Below are positions 39,736 through 53,789 of a DNA stretch of 64,000 nt, piece by piece. The translations under genes and the position numbers were made by a program. The stretch is from Paragordius varius. Its lineage: Eukaryota; Animalia; Nematomorpha. Every line of letters begins with the position of its first letter. Positions within the stretch are counted from its first letter, which is position 1. Location of the stretch: positions 9,362,001-9,426,000 of the forward strand of contig OZ176054.1 in the NCBI GenBank assembly GCA_964247055.1, given 5' to 3'. A model generated the notes under the pieces. The model saw nothing but the letters and a program-made list of their open reading frames with translations, searched no databases and was not told the DNA's origin.

Positions 39736-42700
39736 ATTTAAATGAGTAAATGATAGTATTATGAATGTTTCAAACCTTACAAAAATTAAATTTTGTCATA
39801 AATCTATCAAGCTCACGGACGGCATTTACAATTAATTATAAATCAATTTTTATGATTAAATTGTTACATATACATACATTTAAAAAATAGATTGGGCATA
39901 ATATTGTTTTTCATTATTAGTTATCGACCAAAATAATATATGTAACCAACAAACGTGAAGATATATTCAGAAAAAAAGTAAAAAAGTACAATAGAATAAA
40001 TTAATGGAGCGCGCTTGCATATAATTTTTATTACACCGCAAAAAAATGTCGACACACAACAAAGCTTAGATTAAAAATGCTAGCTAGCTAGCTAGCTAAT
40101 AAAGGCGGTAAGCTACAATTTTAAACAAAATTCTCATTTATATATTAGCATTAGTAATAAAATACTCTAAAATATATTTCGCATAAAAGAGAGAATAGTT
40201 TTTTATCGCAAAGAGAACGACGCGCTTGTTTTGGTTTTTTTTTAATGTTTGCGCTCTGAAAATACAGAACACATCAAAGAAAAACATTTTCTATAATGAT
40301 ACATGTATTAAGCTGTTGCTTGCTATTGCATACACACAATTTTAGCCATCTATAAAATACTTTTTTTTGTACATCTGAACAATAAAAAAAAGCTTCACAA
40401 AGTTATTACCAAAATTATATTGTATCTCTCATCCATCAGTATGATAAAAAAACTTTGTTTTATAGCTTTTGCTAAAAATTCCTTTTTGTTACATATATAT
40501 GTATTACAACAAATGAAACACAAATTTAATTAAATTTATATATCTCGTTGAAATTTTATTGTTCTTTTTTTAAATGGTTAAGGATGGATAAGAAATCCTT
40601 TATCATGGTTATTATTTTATACGATTGAACATATTCTTTTGAGCGATAAGTTTGGTTCTTGAATCAACTTAAAAGTTAAATTTCTTTTTCGATAAGATTG
40701 CAAAATCTTCCCAATTTTTTACTAATATACAGTTTGTAGTCTATTTTAACTTTTTTATAAAGGGTAAGGACTCAAATTATCTCAGAACTTGTGTACCGCC
40801 TGCTTAGACTTCCTAATTTTATCTCTTGTTAAGATATTTAATTTGGTGACAAATTTGAAATGTTGAAAAAGCCTTTGCTGGACGATCGGCTCTGTATTGC
40901 GAGTTTTGTGAGAAATAAAGTTTAGCTTTCAATTTGGGCAGACCCTTTATCCTATGAATATTAAATGCAACTTTTTACCAAACCTAATAGGTTATTGTTA
41001 AATTTTTTAACAATATTATTAAAATTCAGAGTTAACTGGATGTATAACTGAAAATCATACAGAGACTAGAAGGGCTTACAGGAAAATCGAGTAAACAAAA
41101 ATCTCATAAATAAATTGCTTATATATTTTTATTTAAAATATATGACCGTGCAAAGTGCCTTTATCAAATCTCCTATAAATCAGTGGATTATATAAATGCT
41201 ATTTATCTATGATGCTAGTTAGCCTATTTTTATACTATTTTAGTATTATTACTGTAGTTTTATTTCTAAGCGCTTGACAGTAGTATTTTACAAACGAAAA
41301 TCGCTTTTTAATCTTTATTTATGGCTTTTATCCAATTTATCCAATAAATCTTTATAAATATTTTTTACTTTTTATAACTACCACAAAAGGACGGTTTAAA
41401 ATTTATTTTTATCTATACCAATAATAAAATAGATAATAATATTTAGTATTTGAATCATGTTGTAGTTTTAATGGATGTGCCGTATATCGTTTTGACTATA
41501 AGGCATACATTAATAATTTATTACGATTCCTATATTGAAGATATATTTAAAATTGTCAAAAGTTTTATTTAAATAATTTTGGAAAATGTTATTTAGCAAA
41601 ACTTGGAAAATAGCAGTTATGTCCTTATAATTTTTTACAGTCATATGTTTCAAATCTATTAAATATTTAATAACCAAAAATACGGCTCGCAGCCATTAGT
41701 GTTGGAACCCCTGAACACAGTCATCATTTAGCAGGGAGGTCCACCCCCTCCAGTTAATACTTTTATGTAAAAACGCGTCATTTAAAATTTAATTCCCTGA
41801 TGATTGATTTAAAACATTTATAAGTGTGGCTCCTATTTGATAAGCATTAAAATGACTTTAGATTGTGAATTATATTCAATTTTGGCCAAAATCTAAGTTT
41901 AAAATTAGCTGCAACGATATATAATTATATTGACAAATTTTGAAAAGTATGTTAAACTCCATTGAACTTTCCCTTGCCGCAGTATGTTTTGTAATAAAAT
42001 TATATATTAACTAATTAACTAGTATTTAAACAATTGTATTTTATACATTAAATATTATTATTAAAATTTTTAATCTTTCACTTAAAATTAAAATAATTTT
42101 TTTATGCATTTTGCCGGCCGGCCCACAATATATTGAGTTACGTCGCAGTTTAAGAAGCGCGTGTGCCCAAATTAAGGTTTTTGTTATTATTTATCCCTAA
42201 AAAATTATGATTTTAAGAACGAATAATAATGATACATTTATAATTTCATTGAAAATATATTAATACCTTTCACACATGATAATTGGTTTAATATTCTGAT
42301 ATTGCTATAAAAAAAATTTTAGTCTCTGGATTTTACATGGATAATATAGGCTAATTATATTAAAATACTATCGAAAGAAACAGGCCTTAGTAGCAAGGCA
42401 AATGGGAAAAAGCTTTTATATATAACAATATCAAAAAACATTTTATTGAAAAAGCCTGCCTGATCTTTTACTCCCGTGTACATTTCTCCAGAGCGATAAA
42501 AATAAATGCACGATACTATTAGCTTAGCTAATTGCATCAAAGAAAAATGTTCATAAAAGCCTTACCTATTATACTGTCGCGTTATGATACTCATAGGACA
42601 TGATAGTAATAAATCAAACAGGGAACCAATATATTATAAAGATCATGTCCGACAAATCAAGGGGCTTTTTCCGATTTATTTTTTGGATTTAATGAGATAT

Positions 42701-43329
42701 AAAGAATAGAATTTTGACAAATGACCATAGCCCTTTTTGTGTCACGAAATTCGATAATGTGTAATTAATTTATGTATATTAATTATATAAATACATAGTG
42801 ATAAACGTTGGAATAACATCTTATATGTGGGCATATTGTATTAAATAAACATGCTTATTATTATCAATATATTAATCTTGATAGCTGTACTTTAATGTCA
42901 TAGTTTTAGCCTAACAAATAAAAATCAATTAACCCAATTAAGCAAAATATTTGACTCTCTTTAAGTCTCTGAGTTTGTGCCAAAAAAGGAAAGTATATTT
43001 GAGATAAGTACTTTTTAGAAGCGGTCTTTAAACTTTTTACACAGGGTTAGGGGCCTAAATTTGTTAATACTAAATTAAGGTTTTTAAAAAATTAATTAAA
43101 TATATATTTTATAGATGCATAGATTTATACCATTTTAAGGTTTTTGGGTAGACAGTGGTTTCTTGAGCTTGTTTTTGCCATGTAGCATACAATAAGGGTT
43201 CAACAAAACATATAATTTTATGGAAATAACCCCCAAATAAGTTTATACTAGGTTGGGTCTACCCGGTTTCTATTGCGTCGTCTCTGATTGTTATATATCT
43301 TATAATAAAACATGAGCATATATTTTTAT

Positions 43330-43518
43330 AGATATCAAATAAGATTGTAAAAACACCCATTTATTATAACATTATTTGCCAGCTCTCTGCCGAAATTCAC
43401 AAATATTTATCAGAAAATTTGTTTAAAAAATATTTTTTTCTTAGATTTTATAATTTTGTATTTGAAACTTCTCGCGGGCCGCAGAAATATTTTGGAAGGC
43501 CACATGTTTAACACCCTG
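43330..43518 (+). mobile_element. hAT (Buster-like) MITE, right part
   Basis: Reverse complement of the start of the 58097 copy. It ends AACACCCTG followed by GTTTAAAA. Confidence 0.65.
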
Positions 43519-46500
43519 GTTTAAAACATGGAGCTGCTAAAGTTTGCCTTTGTTATGGTTTTAAAGATATTATGAAGTGATTGATATCTTTACATGCAAA
43601 TACCAAAATGATAATATATTAATTAAAAATAAGTTTCTGCTGTTAGGCATTCCTCAAAAAGAGTCCAATAAATTGGCCCAAAAAATGGATTTACATAAAA
43701 TATATTATAATTTTAAACTTATTATTAAGCCATCGCGACTTTCAGACCATTAATTTAACAATATAACTTAAAGTACACTTTTTTTTAATTTGAACAATAC
43801 TTTATCATTCATATCAACATTTTTTGGATTATCATTTATAAGCATCTTTTTATTCAATCATTTTTTTTATTAACAACAGCATAAATCAAAAGATGTGATT
43901 TTTGTAGAAAAGTGTTTTCTCAATTTTATATAATTATCTCAAGCTTGGTAACCTAAGATACCATTAGGAAAAATAAATTAAACAAATATGAATTTTAATT
44001 GATAAAATTTGTATCCTTTAGCAGTCATAAAATTTTAAAACTTATAATCGTCTGACTTAATAACACTAGTCGTCAAATTTGGACATTTTTGAGCACCACC
44101 ACTCAAACTTTTAAATTATGACGAATTTCAGTGTTTTAAAACCGAATGTGAAAATTTTTTTGATCCCGCCAATCAGAATTTTGAAATATTATAGGTTTTT
44201 CAATTTTTCAAAAACAAGAGAAAATCGAGAGAAAATTAAATATAACTTTATAATAAAATGTTATTATGTTATAAACTTAATATCATTTAATAAAGCGTTT
44301 TAAACTCTATCTTTTGAATATAAATATGTTATTTAAATATCAGAGATAAAAAAATAGTACGGACTTAAACGTCAAAATTTAGTCTTTTTCTTTCAAGTGA
44401 ATTTTTAATACGTATAAAAATTTTTTAAAAAAATACTAAAAAAGGCATTCTATGGTTTAAACCTTCGGCTTTTAGATAGGCTATATTTTTTTTTAGTTTT
44501 CGTTCTTTCGAGTAGTTATTAGGCTTTTTTTCTTGAGTTGGTTCTTACAAAAAATCCTTTATTTATCCCTAGTGGATATACTTTATTTTTTATTATTGGT
44601 TGTTTTGTATTTTTAATTTAGATGGATGTTGTGTAGCCACTTTTAGTAGAACTTACTATTATGGGATTGGACCATTTGTATTTACCTAATCTTTTTATTC
44701 AATTTAATTGTAGAATTTATCTAACTTTATTCTGTGAATTCGTTAATTTGATATGTCAATTTGCCTGGATTTTGCTTGCAAGTCTCTCTTATCGGGCTTT
44801 ACGATTACTTATTGTTATCTTTGCCATATCTGGCATAATTGGATCGCTTGGGGGATATGCAGAGCTTGTGCAGCCGCCCGGATCTATCACACTATACATA
44901 AGCCCCTTTTAGATTTTTAATACTTTGGCTCTTAAGTTGTTTAGTATCTTATTTAATGCCTAGAATTTTGTTATTCATGCATGGAATATTACTTGTATCG
45001 ACTTGTTCGTTTGAATATTTAAACATATATACACGAGGAATGATTGTTATTTTTTTAAATACAAATTTAAAAATTAAATTTCGGAAAAATCCTATTGGTG
45101 GCCTCAATTTTCTTTTTTGTTTTGGCCTTTCCATGCCATTAGGTATCAGAAAATGCAAAAATAATGGGGTGGTGCAAAACCTTGTTGAGCAGTGTAATTT
45201 ATAAACTAATATAATATTTTAATATGACGCTTTTTATAAATATATATGGATATATACAGTAGTGTATGTTATAAAAAATGTATGTTCACAGTATATGTTA
45301 AAACATAGGGAAAAATTTGTTAATTTTAACCATTTGTGGTTTGTACTATACGCTAATGTAGATGCAGTCTTTCCGGCCAAAATTTAAGTAAGTACTTTTT
45401 TTCTTCATACAAAGTAATTAATTTTAAGCATTATTGGAATTTTTATATGAATAATATATTCTATATCTTTTTCTTTAAACTCTAAGAGGAGATCAAAGAA
45501 AAAAATGCATGCAAATACAATGATAAATATTAAAAACTAATTATTAATAAATGGTAAAAATACTGTATATATATGCTCTTTGAAAAAAAAACAAATTTTA
45601 AATATGTATCAACACCATACTAAAAAACAAAATATTGCTAACTTAGCTAAGTTAGTTGTATTGTATGGTTTTAACTTGTCGAAATCGTATTCCTTTCTAA
45701 TATGTTAGTGACTAATGTGTCTCCTTCCATTCAAGATTTTTTGTTTTTAGCCATTTTTTGTTTTTTTATTTGGTGACTTGGTCATTTTTAGAATTAAATA
45801 TTTCAAATTTTTTTTGTTAATTAATATTATATATAATTATTATATTTATATTATAACATTCAGTTTGTTTCTTTTTTTGTTTCTGGTTTGATGACATGAC
45901 ATCAATTAAATTAATTAAAAAAATGTAAGTAAGTAAAGATGACAATTCTCAAAGTGCAAAATCCCAATTACTATATATATATAATTTTACAAACTATGTA
46001 CATAATGAGATTTTTAAGGAAAAGATAATAATTAAAATTATTTCTTGCCATTTTATAGATGTAAAAAATTAGATATAAAACTCTTAATAGAAAAGTTTTT
46101 TTTTAATTTTTTTAAGCATCTTGTACTGTTAATAAACATCAAAGCCCATCTCTTGGTCAATATGGATGTTTAGTCTTTTTTCAAATATAGGCAAATTTAT
46201 TTTTGTAATTTAACGGTTTTTCAAACCTTGTTTAGCTAAATTATTCAAAAAATATTTAATTCTAAAAATTATTGATAATTTCAATTTGTAGATCCAAAAA
46301 TTAATTTAATTTATATTTTATCATTTTTTTGATTAGATGAAAGAAAATAATAATGACGACATCACGACAACTTAAACGAATAATGGACGAAATGGAAAAG
46401 GGAAACGGACAATTATCATTAAATTCGCTATCCTATGCACTTATTCTCTTGTCTTTCACATACTTATACTTTTATTTTAGCGAATAAAAAACCTTTTATT

Positions 46501-46889
46501 GACGCGAAAACACATTATAAACAATTAAAAAATATAATTTTAGCCTATCTCTATTCTATCCTATCATTATTAGAATCCTTTCTTTGCCTTTTTGTTTAGT
46601 AAAAAGAGTGTCTGTCACACAAAACACAAAGTTGTATCCACTGTCACCAAAGGAAAAAAAATAATTAAAATTTTTCATTCAAACAAAATTAACCAATTCA
46701 TGTGCGCGTGTGCATCAATAGAATAGATGAATGAAGAAATCATCAAAAATAGAATCAAAAGATATAATTTTTAGTCCGCAAGCGCCAAATTTTTCGAAAA
46801 CAACAACACATGAATAAAGTATTAGTTAAAATTATAACTATTGTTAATAAACTCTATCGGAAATAATATCCCCTATTAAATTTCGATTT

Positions 46890-48581
46890 ATGCTATCAAA
46901 CAACAACTTTGTAATCTTAGAGCCGAATATTTGGATTTTATCATGTGCTATTGGATGTTTGCTCTTGAATATATTCTCATATGTATGGATTAATTTTTTA
47001 GTAAAATCTCCATCTAAACCAAACCACAGCTTTTATACTATTTTGCGCAAACCGATTAGTATCTTGAATCGTATTTATATCGTGTTTGCAATAATTTATG
47101 GCATCATTTATTACTTTGAAGAATTCAACTATACTTCTTGGGCCAAAAATATTTTGCAACCGGTTAATGTTATATTTGCGGCACAAGGGGGGAGAAATAG
47201 CTCAACACTCACAATAAATGACATATTTAATATATCTTTCACGATAAACGCTAATAATTATCTACATCTAAAAGATCAATTCTCTGTTACAAATTTTATA
47301 ACTATCATTTCGTTTATAGGTGTAAAAAATAATTTACTCACCATTTGGTTCATATTGACTTATTTGGAATCTACAGCATCTTTTTGGTGGCTATCATGTG
47401 TCATCAAATATTACCAAAATTATAAGGCTAAAGCACGCAAACATAGACACTATCAGGTTATGGATGGCAATAAAACTTGTATAAATCCATCATTAAACAA
47501 AAAACATAGCGGTCTATTTAAATATTCTTTATATAATTATGGGTGTTGGATAGTTCCTTTGGCATGGCATATAATATTACAAATTATCATACGTTTTAGT
47601 AATAAATGTAATAATCCCTACATTTGGCCGGTAACTCAACCTGACTTAATGTACAAAAACAACGTCAGTAAATCTCAACTAAAACATAGCTATGATTTAA
47701 ATTTTCGGATGTCGACGAATTCCCATCAGCTCTTCGATAACTTTGCGATTTCGTCAAATCAAAAAACACTACATTCTTACCAAAACTATCAAAATTATGA
47801 AAAATTAATACTCAATTCTACGAATAATTTAGCCTATACGGACACCAACCTTTTTACATTATCCTGCGCCAAAAATTTGGCACCTCAAACATCTTTTTAC
47901 GGACAACTTTTGTTCTTTGTTCCCACGTGTGTTTGTTACATGGTAACCGGGATTTTTATAGCACTCATATGCCGATATCTTATAACAATAGATTTGCCAT
48001 CGAAAAACTATGGTGCAATTAAATTACATGCTTACCGTATATGCCTTAGACATTCGTGCGTAAAATTTTTATTCATAACATTGGCCTATTTTATCATCAA
48101 ATTAATATTCTTCATAAATACTCTTCAAAACTTTTTGAAACTCTATTATCAGGGTTCTAACAAAATTTTTAAAAGAACTACCTATGACAACGCCATAGCA
48201 AATAGTATAAATTTACCCACATTTTCTCCTTTATCCAACGTTGTCATTTTCGATATCTTTGATAATGGTAATTTAATAAATAGTACCTATATATACCCCA
48301 TCAATCCTTTTAATACTTATAAGATCCCTGAACCAATAATTTTTGCCAATTTTTTGCCAATGAATGTTTTATCTATTAACCATTTTATACTGCATTCTTT
48401 GGTAAATGGTATATTTTTAACAAGTTATTTATTTCTATTTCCTCGATCTGCAATCAATATTTTGGGACCTTCAATTAAAATGGCTGGGTCAACACTCAAT
48501 CAAAGGACATGTAGTACGGCATCTCGTATGATTTATAAATTTTTTGCACAATTTTGTGTCAATAAGCCCAGTATAAATAAT

Positions 48582-48626
<45 letters not shown>

Positions 48627-49856
48627 CAAAGAATGTATTCAAAAATACCAACATACCATCAACCTGATATGCTTTCCAGCACCAAAAATATAAGTGCCAA
48701 AATTCCTAATGATCACAGTAGCGTAAATAAAAATAATTTGCAGACCACGCGTAATATTTTTGACACCAAAATTGAGAAAACATATTTAACCGAACAAAAA
48801 AATCTTGAATTTTGCGAATGTAATGATATTCAATCCCTAAACTATTTCAATTACTTAATTAATAATTCTCCCTTAAAAATGAAGAGCTGCAATTGTTGTT
48901 GCACTTTTCACCAGGACATTCTAAATGATTCATTCGGGTCTTCACAAATAGGAGATATGAACTCCCTAAGACAACTATATGAAAAACCTATTCATAATAA
49001 AACTGGAAAATATTATCCGCCCGTTTTAACAGAATCTGCAATCTATTACAACAAAATTCCTTATATCTTTCATATATGCCGCAAAAGACAGAGGACCCAT
49101 TATTCGATTCAAAATAAGCATAATTTCTTTACGCGGAATTTACGAGAACCGCAAGAGCCAGTCTACAAAAAAATGTTCTCAAATATGTCACCAAACAGGG
49201 CAATTCTTAATAACAATATGATTTACAATGTTAATGATGATATTTATGATGATGGTAATGAAAATTATTGCAATATAAATAATAATAATAATAGAAAAAA
49301 TGGTCATTATATCAATCAAAAAATTGATGGATTAAATCACAACATTACCTCCAATAATCTCTTGTGTCGGCAAAACACAGATAATAAGCGCAAAAAGCTA
49401 GAGAAGCTTGATTTAGTAGGCAGAACTAATTCGTTATCAATATGCCAAATGTGCAACAATGGCCAAAATGAACAACCTCACAAATTTCGAAGAAGAGGCC
49501 TAAACACTCTTAGGTATCCTGTCCTGATTGGAAATCTATCGATAAATATGACAAACAATAATATGCACAAATATGAGCTAAAAAAATGTTGTTTAGAAAA
49601 CAATTCACATAAACCTATAAATAAATACCCAGAGAGAAGATCAAAGCAAAATAATAGTGCACGGGTTGGAAAAAAACTTCATTGCATTTATAACTTTGAA
49701 TATCCTTATATGGATTCAATAAAAACACTTGAGTGCAATCAACAAATGAAGTTCATTACAAAAAATTGTGCTAATCTTGAAAATTATTATCTACAATTAT
49801 CATGCGATGATCAAATGCATGAAAATATACATAAAAATCTAAATAAGATCAAATAA
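46890..49856 (+). CDS. Highly divergent class-F (Frizzled/Smoothened-like) 7TM protein, 988 aa, no CRD in the ORF, long Asn-rich C-tail
   Basis: TM2 RKPISILNRIY (cf. FZD ERPIIFLSGCY), TM3 TIWFILTYLESTASFWW (cf. TILFMMLYFFSMASSIWW), TM4 YNYGCWIVP (cf. YFHLAAWAVP), TM5 LLFFVPTCVCYMVTG, TM7 LHSLVNGI. FZD comparisons are from recalled consensus. Confidence 0.72.
48585..48626 (+). repeat. (AAT)14 coding microsatellite (poly-Asn) in the class-F receptor tail
   Basis: Direct reading; in frame. Confidence 0.95.
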
Positions 49857-51371
49857 TTTAACGAGAATAAGGCGGAAAGATTATCATTTAATAATATTTA
49901 CTTGGATCATAAAAATCAAATAGTTCAAAATTGGTTACAAACTCAGTGATATTATAATATCTGTTTTATCCACTTTTATAATTAAATTATAATATGCATT
50001 TTATAATATATTTAGATAATAAATTATCAAATGCCCCAAATTTTTATTCTTAATTTGATAGTATCAAGGGGTCGGTGTTAGTGGTCACATATGCTGGTTT
50101 TACCATAGTCGAAAAACTACCGCCAAATACATACATGCCATATCTGACTAATTTGATACCAACTAATATATATATTTTTATAAAAGGTATATTAGGTTTA
50201 ACGATGTACGTTCTGATAATTTAATATATTAAATTAACGAATCAGTGGTAAAAACGAGACGCAGTAACGGTAGTGGATATTTTTATAATTTGTTGACTCT
50301 ATCTTGCTTTTTTTCCGTTCAAATTTTGTTTAATTTTCAATATCACTTTTAGTTTGACAATCGTTTATAAGATTATTTCACGGAGTAACATTACGAAAAT
50401 ATCAATCCATAATTTACCATACTACAATAATATATAATCATTTCTTATCATTTTAATTAATTAGGTTATGTTATTATAGCTTGAATCCATGCTTTATCAT
50501 AGATCCTTATGATTGTCTCAACATTCAGTAAAATCAACCATGGAAAATTCGATTTTAAAATGTTTCAACCCTCTAACAAGCATTTTAATTGTCAGTTACT
50601 AAAAAATAAAGTTGATACACATCCGTAAAGCAGCGATTATAAGTTTAGCTATATTGCCATGTAAAAATGTCTAATATAATGAAAGAATTCAATTAAAAAA
50701 CTTTATTTAGCGACTTGCAATTATTTACTTTGATTTGCATTGTAGCAAATAACTTAAACCATATCATTTGAAATAAAGTATAGTTTTGGTGTTTTTAAGC
50801 AAATCATCTAAGATATTTTAATTTAAATAACTTTACACTAACTAACCATTTCTAGTTAATAAATTATGCAGGTTTTTCATATCTACATTTATAATTATAT
50901 GTTGGATAGTATAAATAGATATTTTTTAGCTAGTTTAGTTGGTTCGTTGGTTTCTTTGTTTGTTTTAGTTGATTGTCATATTTTGATGACACTATAAATT
51001 ATTTTTTTGGTATATCTGAATGCAAGCACATATGTTAATTGTCATCATAATTTATGTTGTTAATTACCATATATATGTATAAATAAAATAAACATCGTTA
51101 ATAATTACTTTTATATGGGATATTAAAAAAATAGTAAGTTCCTTAACCAACAGAATTAACCTGTTAGTTTTAATGTTGTAATGGAACTGCATACACAAAA
51201 ATTTAAACACCAAGGTTCATTAAAATAATTTATTATTTTTAGTTATTCCAAATCAGATCAAAATATTGATCAACTTAATCGTTTATGCCTATACTATTGC
51301 TATAAATATATTTATACAAATTTTTGAAAAAATTATTCATTTATATTAAACTAGATTTTTGAGAAACTAAG

Positions 51372-51564
51372 TATACCATTTTCCAGTCAAAAGCTATATT
51401 TTTCTCAACTGCAACATTATTTTAAACAAACCCAGCATTTTTTTCAAAACGCAACATTTTTTCAGTTGTCTGTTGAAAATGTTGCGTTTGATTGAAAAAT
51501 GTTGCTTTTGATTAAAAAATGTTGCTTTTGATTAAAATGTTGCTTTTGACTGAAAAATGGTATA
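51372..51564. mobile_element. Miniature foldback-type palindromic element
   Basis: 23-bp TIR TATACCATTTT(C/T)CAGTCAAAAGC (22/23 match). Inside are four ~20-bp AAAATGTTGCTTTTGATT units on the right, mirrored by GCAACATTTT units on the left. Confidence 0.75.
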
Positions 51565-52131
51565 TGTGAATGAGCCGTGTTGACTATAATAAAATTAACC
51601 GGCCCGTTATTAACCTTATGAAATTCATATTGTTCTCACATAAGCTATAGGGTAATGAATTTTATTTAATCTGATAAAATTAATTTCTATTTGATTTCGA
51701 AATATAAATCGTTACTGCCATTCAACGATAGAGCCAAAGCCGGCTTATTGACTGAAATATCTGGCGTAATTGAATTTAATGGTTTTAAGGGAATTTAGGA
51801 GAGCAAGGATTTAAATCTATTTAAATTAAACGGTAATTTTAATATCAATCTATTTAGCGGATCAAATACAATATGCGGTTATGGGAATCATAATAGGTTT
51901 CCCATAAAAAAGGATATTGGGTTAGTTGTAGTTATCTTTTATGACAATGATTGAGAGAGTGATATAAAAAAATGATTTATTTTAAAGAAAAAATAGAGGA
52001 TAAAAGGTAAAAATCAGATTTTTCATAAGGTATCCAATAATTTTATTTGAGCGCGGTATATTTAAATAGTAATACTGAAAATAATGCAATTATAACCGTT
52101 ATACCATATAAAAACATGTATTCCTTTTAGA

Positions 52132-52663
52132 CCCTTCGATTCAAATTGGAGTAACTGGTGTCAGACCATATTTTGATATTCAAATAATTGAGACAGTTCC
52201 AACAATTTATGCTTCTATTCCAATAAAAATTATTAAGCCAAAATATGTAAATTAAATATAGTTTTGAAAAAAGTTCCGTATCAAACTTCTTCGACGCCAT
52301 TTTCATTTTGCAACATTTTTCCCAAATATGGTGTTTTTTTCTAACGCTAAAACTTAAATTAATTTATTAAAATTCTAACATTAATACCAACAAAAAATTG
52401 GTTAATTTTGTATTCCTATTTAACTAATATACACATCTCATGCTGACTAAATTTTTACCAGTTTATCCAAAAAATTTGCAATAAGTTTTTTTGAATTGAT
52501 ATTTTTTCGATTTCGGTTTTTCGATGTAATATCTATGCAAACTTTTGCTATGGTTATATATTATTCCATATTTTTTAAAATATTTGTTTTTATACAGGCC
52601 CGGGGTCACTAGTCACCCAATTCGAACCAAAGAACTGAAATGTGAATGTGTTGTATCCAAGCG
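52132..52663 (+). mobile_element. piggyBac-like MITE, older copy
   Basis: Starts CCCTTCGATTCAAATTGG, ends ...CTGAAATGTGAATGTGTTGTATCCAAGCG, and the internal sequence resembles the 58752 copy. Confidence 0.7.
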
Positions 52664-53789
52664 TTCTTTGAAATTTTTTATCCAATATGTTCCCGCAAAA
52701 TCACTTTTGCACTTATTTAGATATGCCATTTAAAGTGTGTTCCAACAGTAAAAAAATATATAAGTAAACCAAAAAATACGATTTCTGGCTCAAACTGGAA
52801 GTTATAATTTAAATCTAAAAGTACAAATAAGGAAAGTTTTTTAATTTTCAATCAACAACAGATTCACCATTAAGCGACAAAATTTGGCAAACAAAAATCT
52901 ACATTTTGTTCATAAACAACACAAAAAGTAATAATAGAATGATCGCTACGAAAAAAATCAGTGGAATACTACAAAGTTTTTTTTTCACTCCCTTTTTACT
53001 ATTTTTCAAATTAGATTTTTTTTGATTTAGCTAAAGTGAAATGACATGGAAAAAGTACAATAGAATAAATTAAATTTTTCTTTTATTCTTTGCAACCAAA
53101 ATGTAGCATGTCGGCAAATAACAAATGAGTGGATGAAAAATTAATTTTTATAGTAACATCTAGCTTGAGTAGAAAACAAAGTATTCACCATTAGTCTTCA
53201 TAACAACAATTTAACAACACGCTTAATGTTAAGTTTTTTGTCAGTTGTAGACTTTATCTAACCATGCATAATTCGATCATCTGCTTGTTGATACATCCTC
53301 TTGATTTTATATTATTTGATCTTTAACATATTCCTTTTCTACTAAAAGGAATTTAGATTTGATATATACATGCTGTAAGCTAAATTAATTACAGTGGATC
53401 GGTCCTCCCATAATGACTTTCACTATGGGATTATCCGCATAATGACCCTTTATATATATATATATATATATATAAATTGGTCCTTTCTGTTTAAAATTTA
53501 TTGATATTAAATTTAATAATAATATCTATGATATTATTGGTTTATGAGCAGTTGTTACCAACTTTGACCTATTATAACTTTATTTTTGACCTTATATTAA
53601 AATCAGAAGTTTATAAAATAATGATATAATTAGTATATAGCACTTGTTTGTACAAAAAGCTCCTAATGAGGGGGGAGGCGTTATGTGGGGAGGGAGGGGG
53701 TGGGGTCACTGTATGATAAAAAATAAAAAAAATTAAACATCAAACTTAAATATTTTTTAGTTAACAACAAATTTTATATTTATACATAA

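Noticed and set aside
40079-40098. Self-complementary (GCTA)5 tract
   Set aside because: It is a short simple repeat with no supporting context.
46353-46726. Upstream 44-aa ORF with a hydrophobic stretch and a short Cys-containing frame (QFMCAC) as a possible signal peptide/CRD of the class-F receptor
   Set aside because: Multiple stops, no GT-AG path (even with tiny introns) into the main ORF that I could find, and no ten-Cys CRD pattern.
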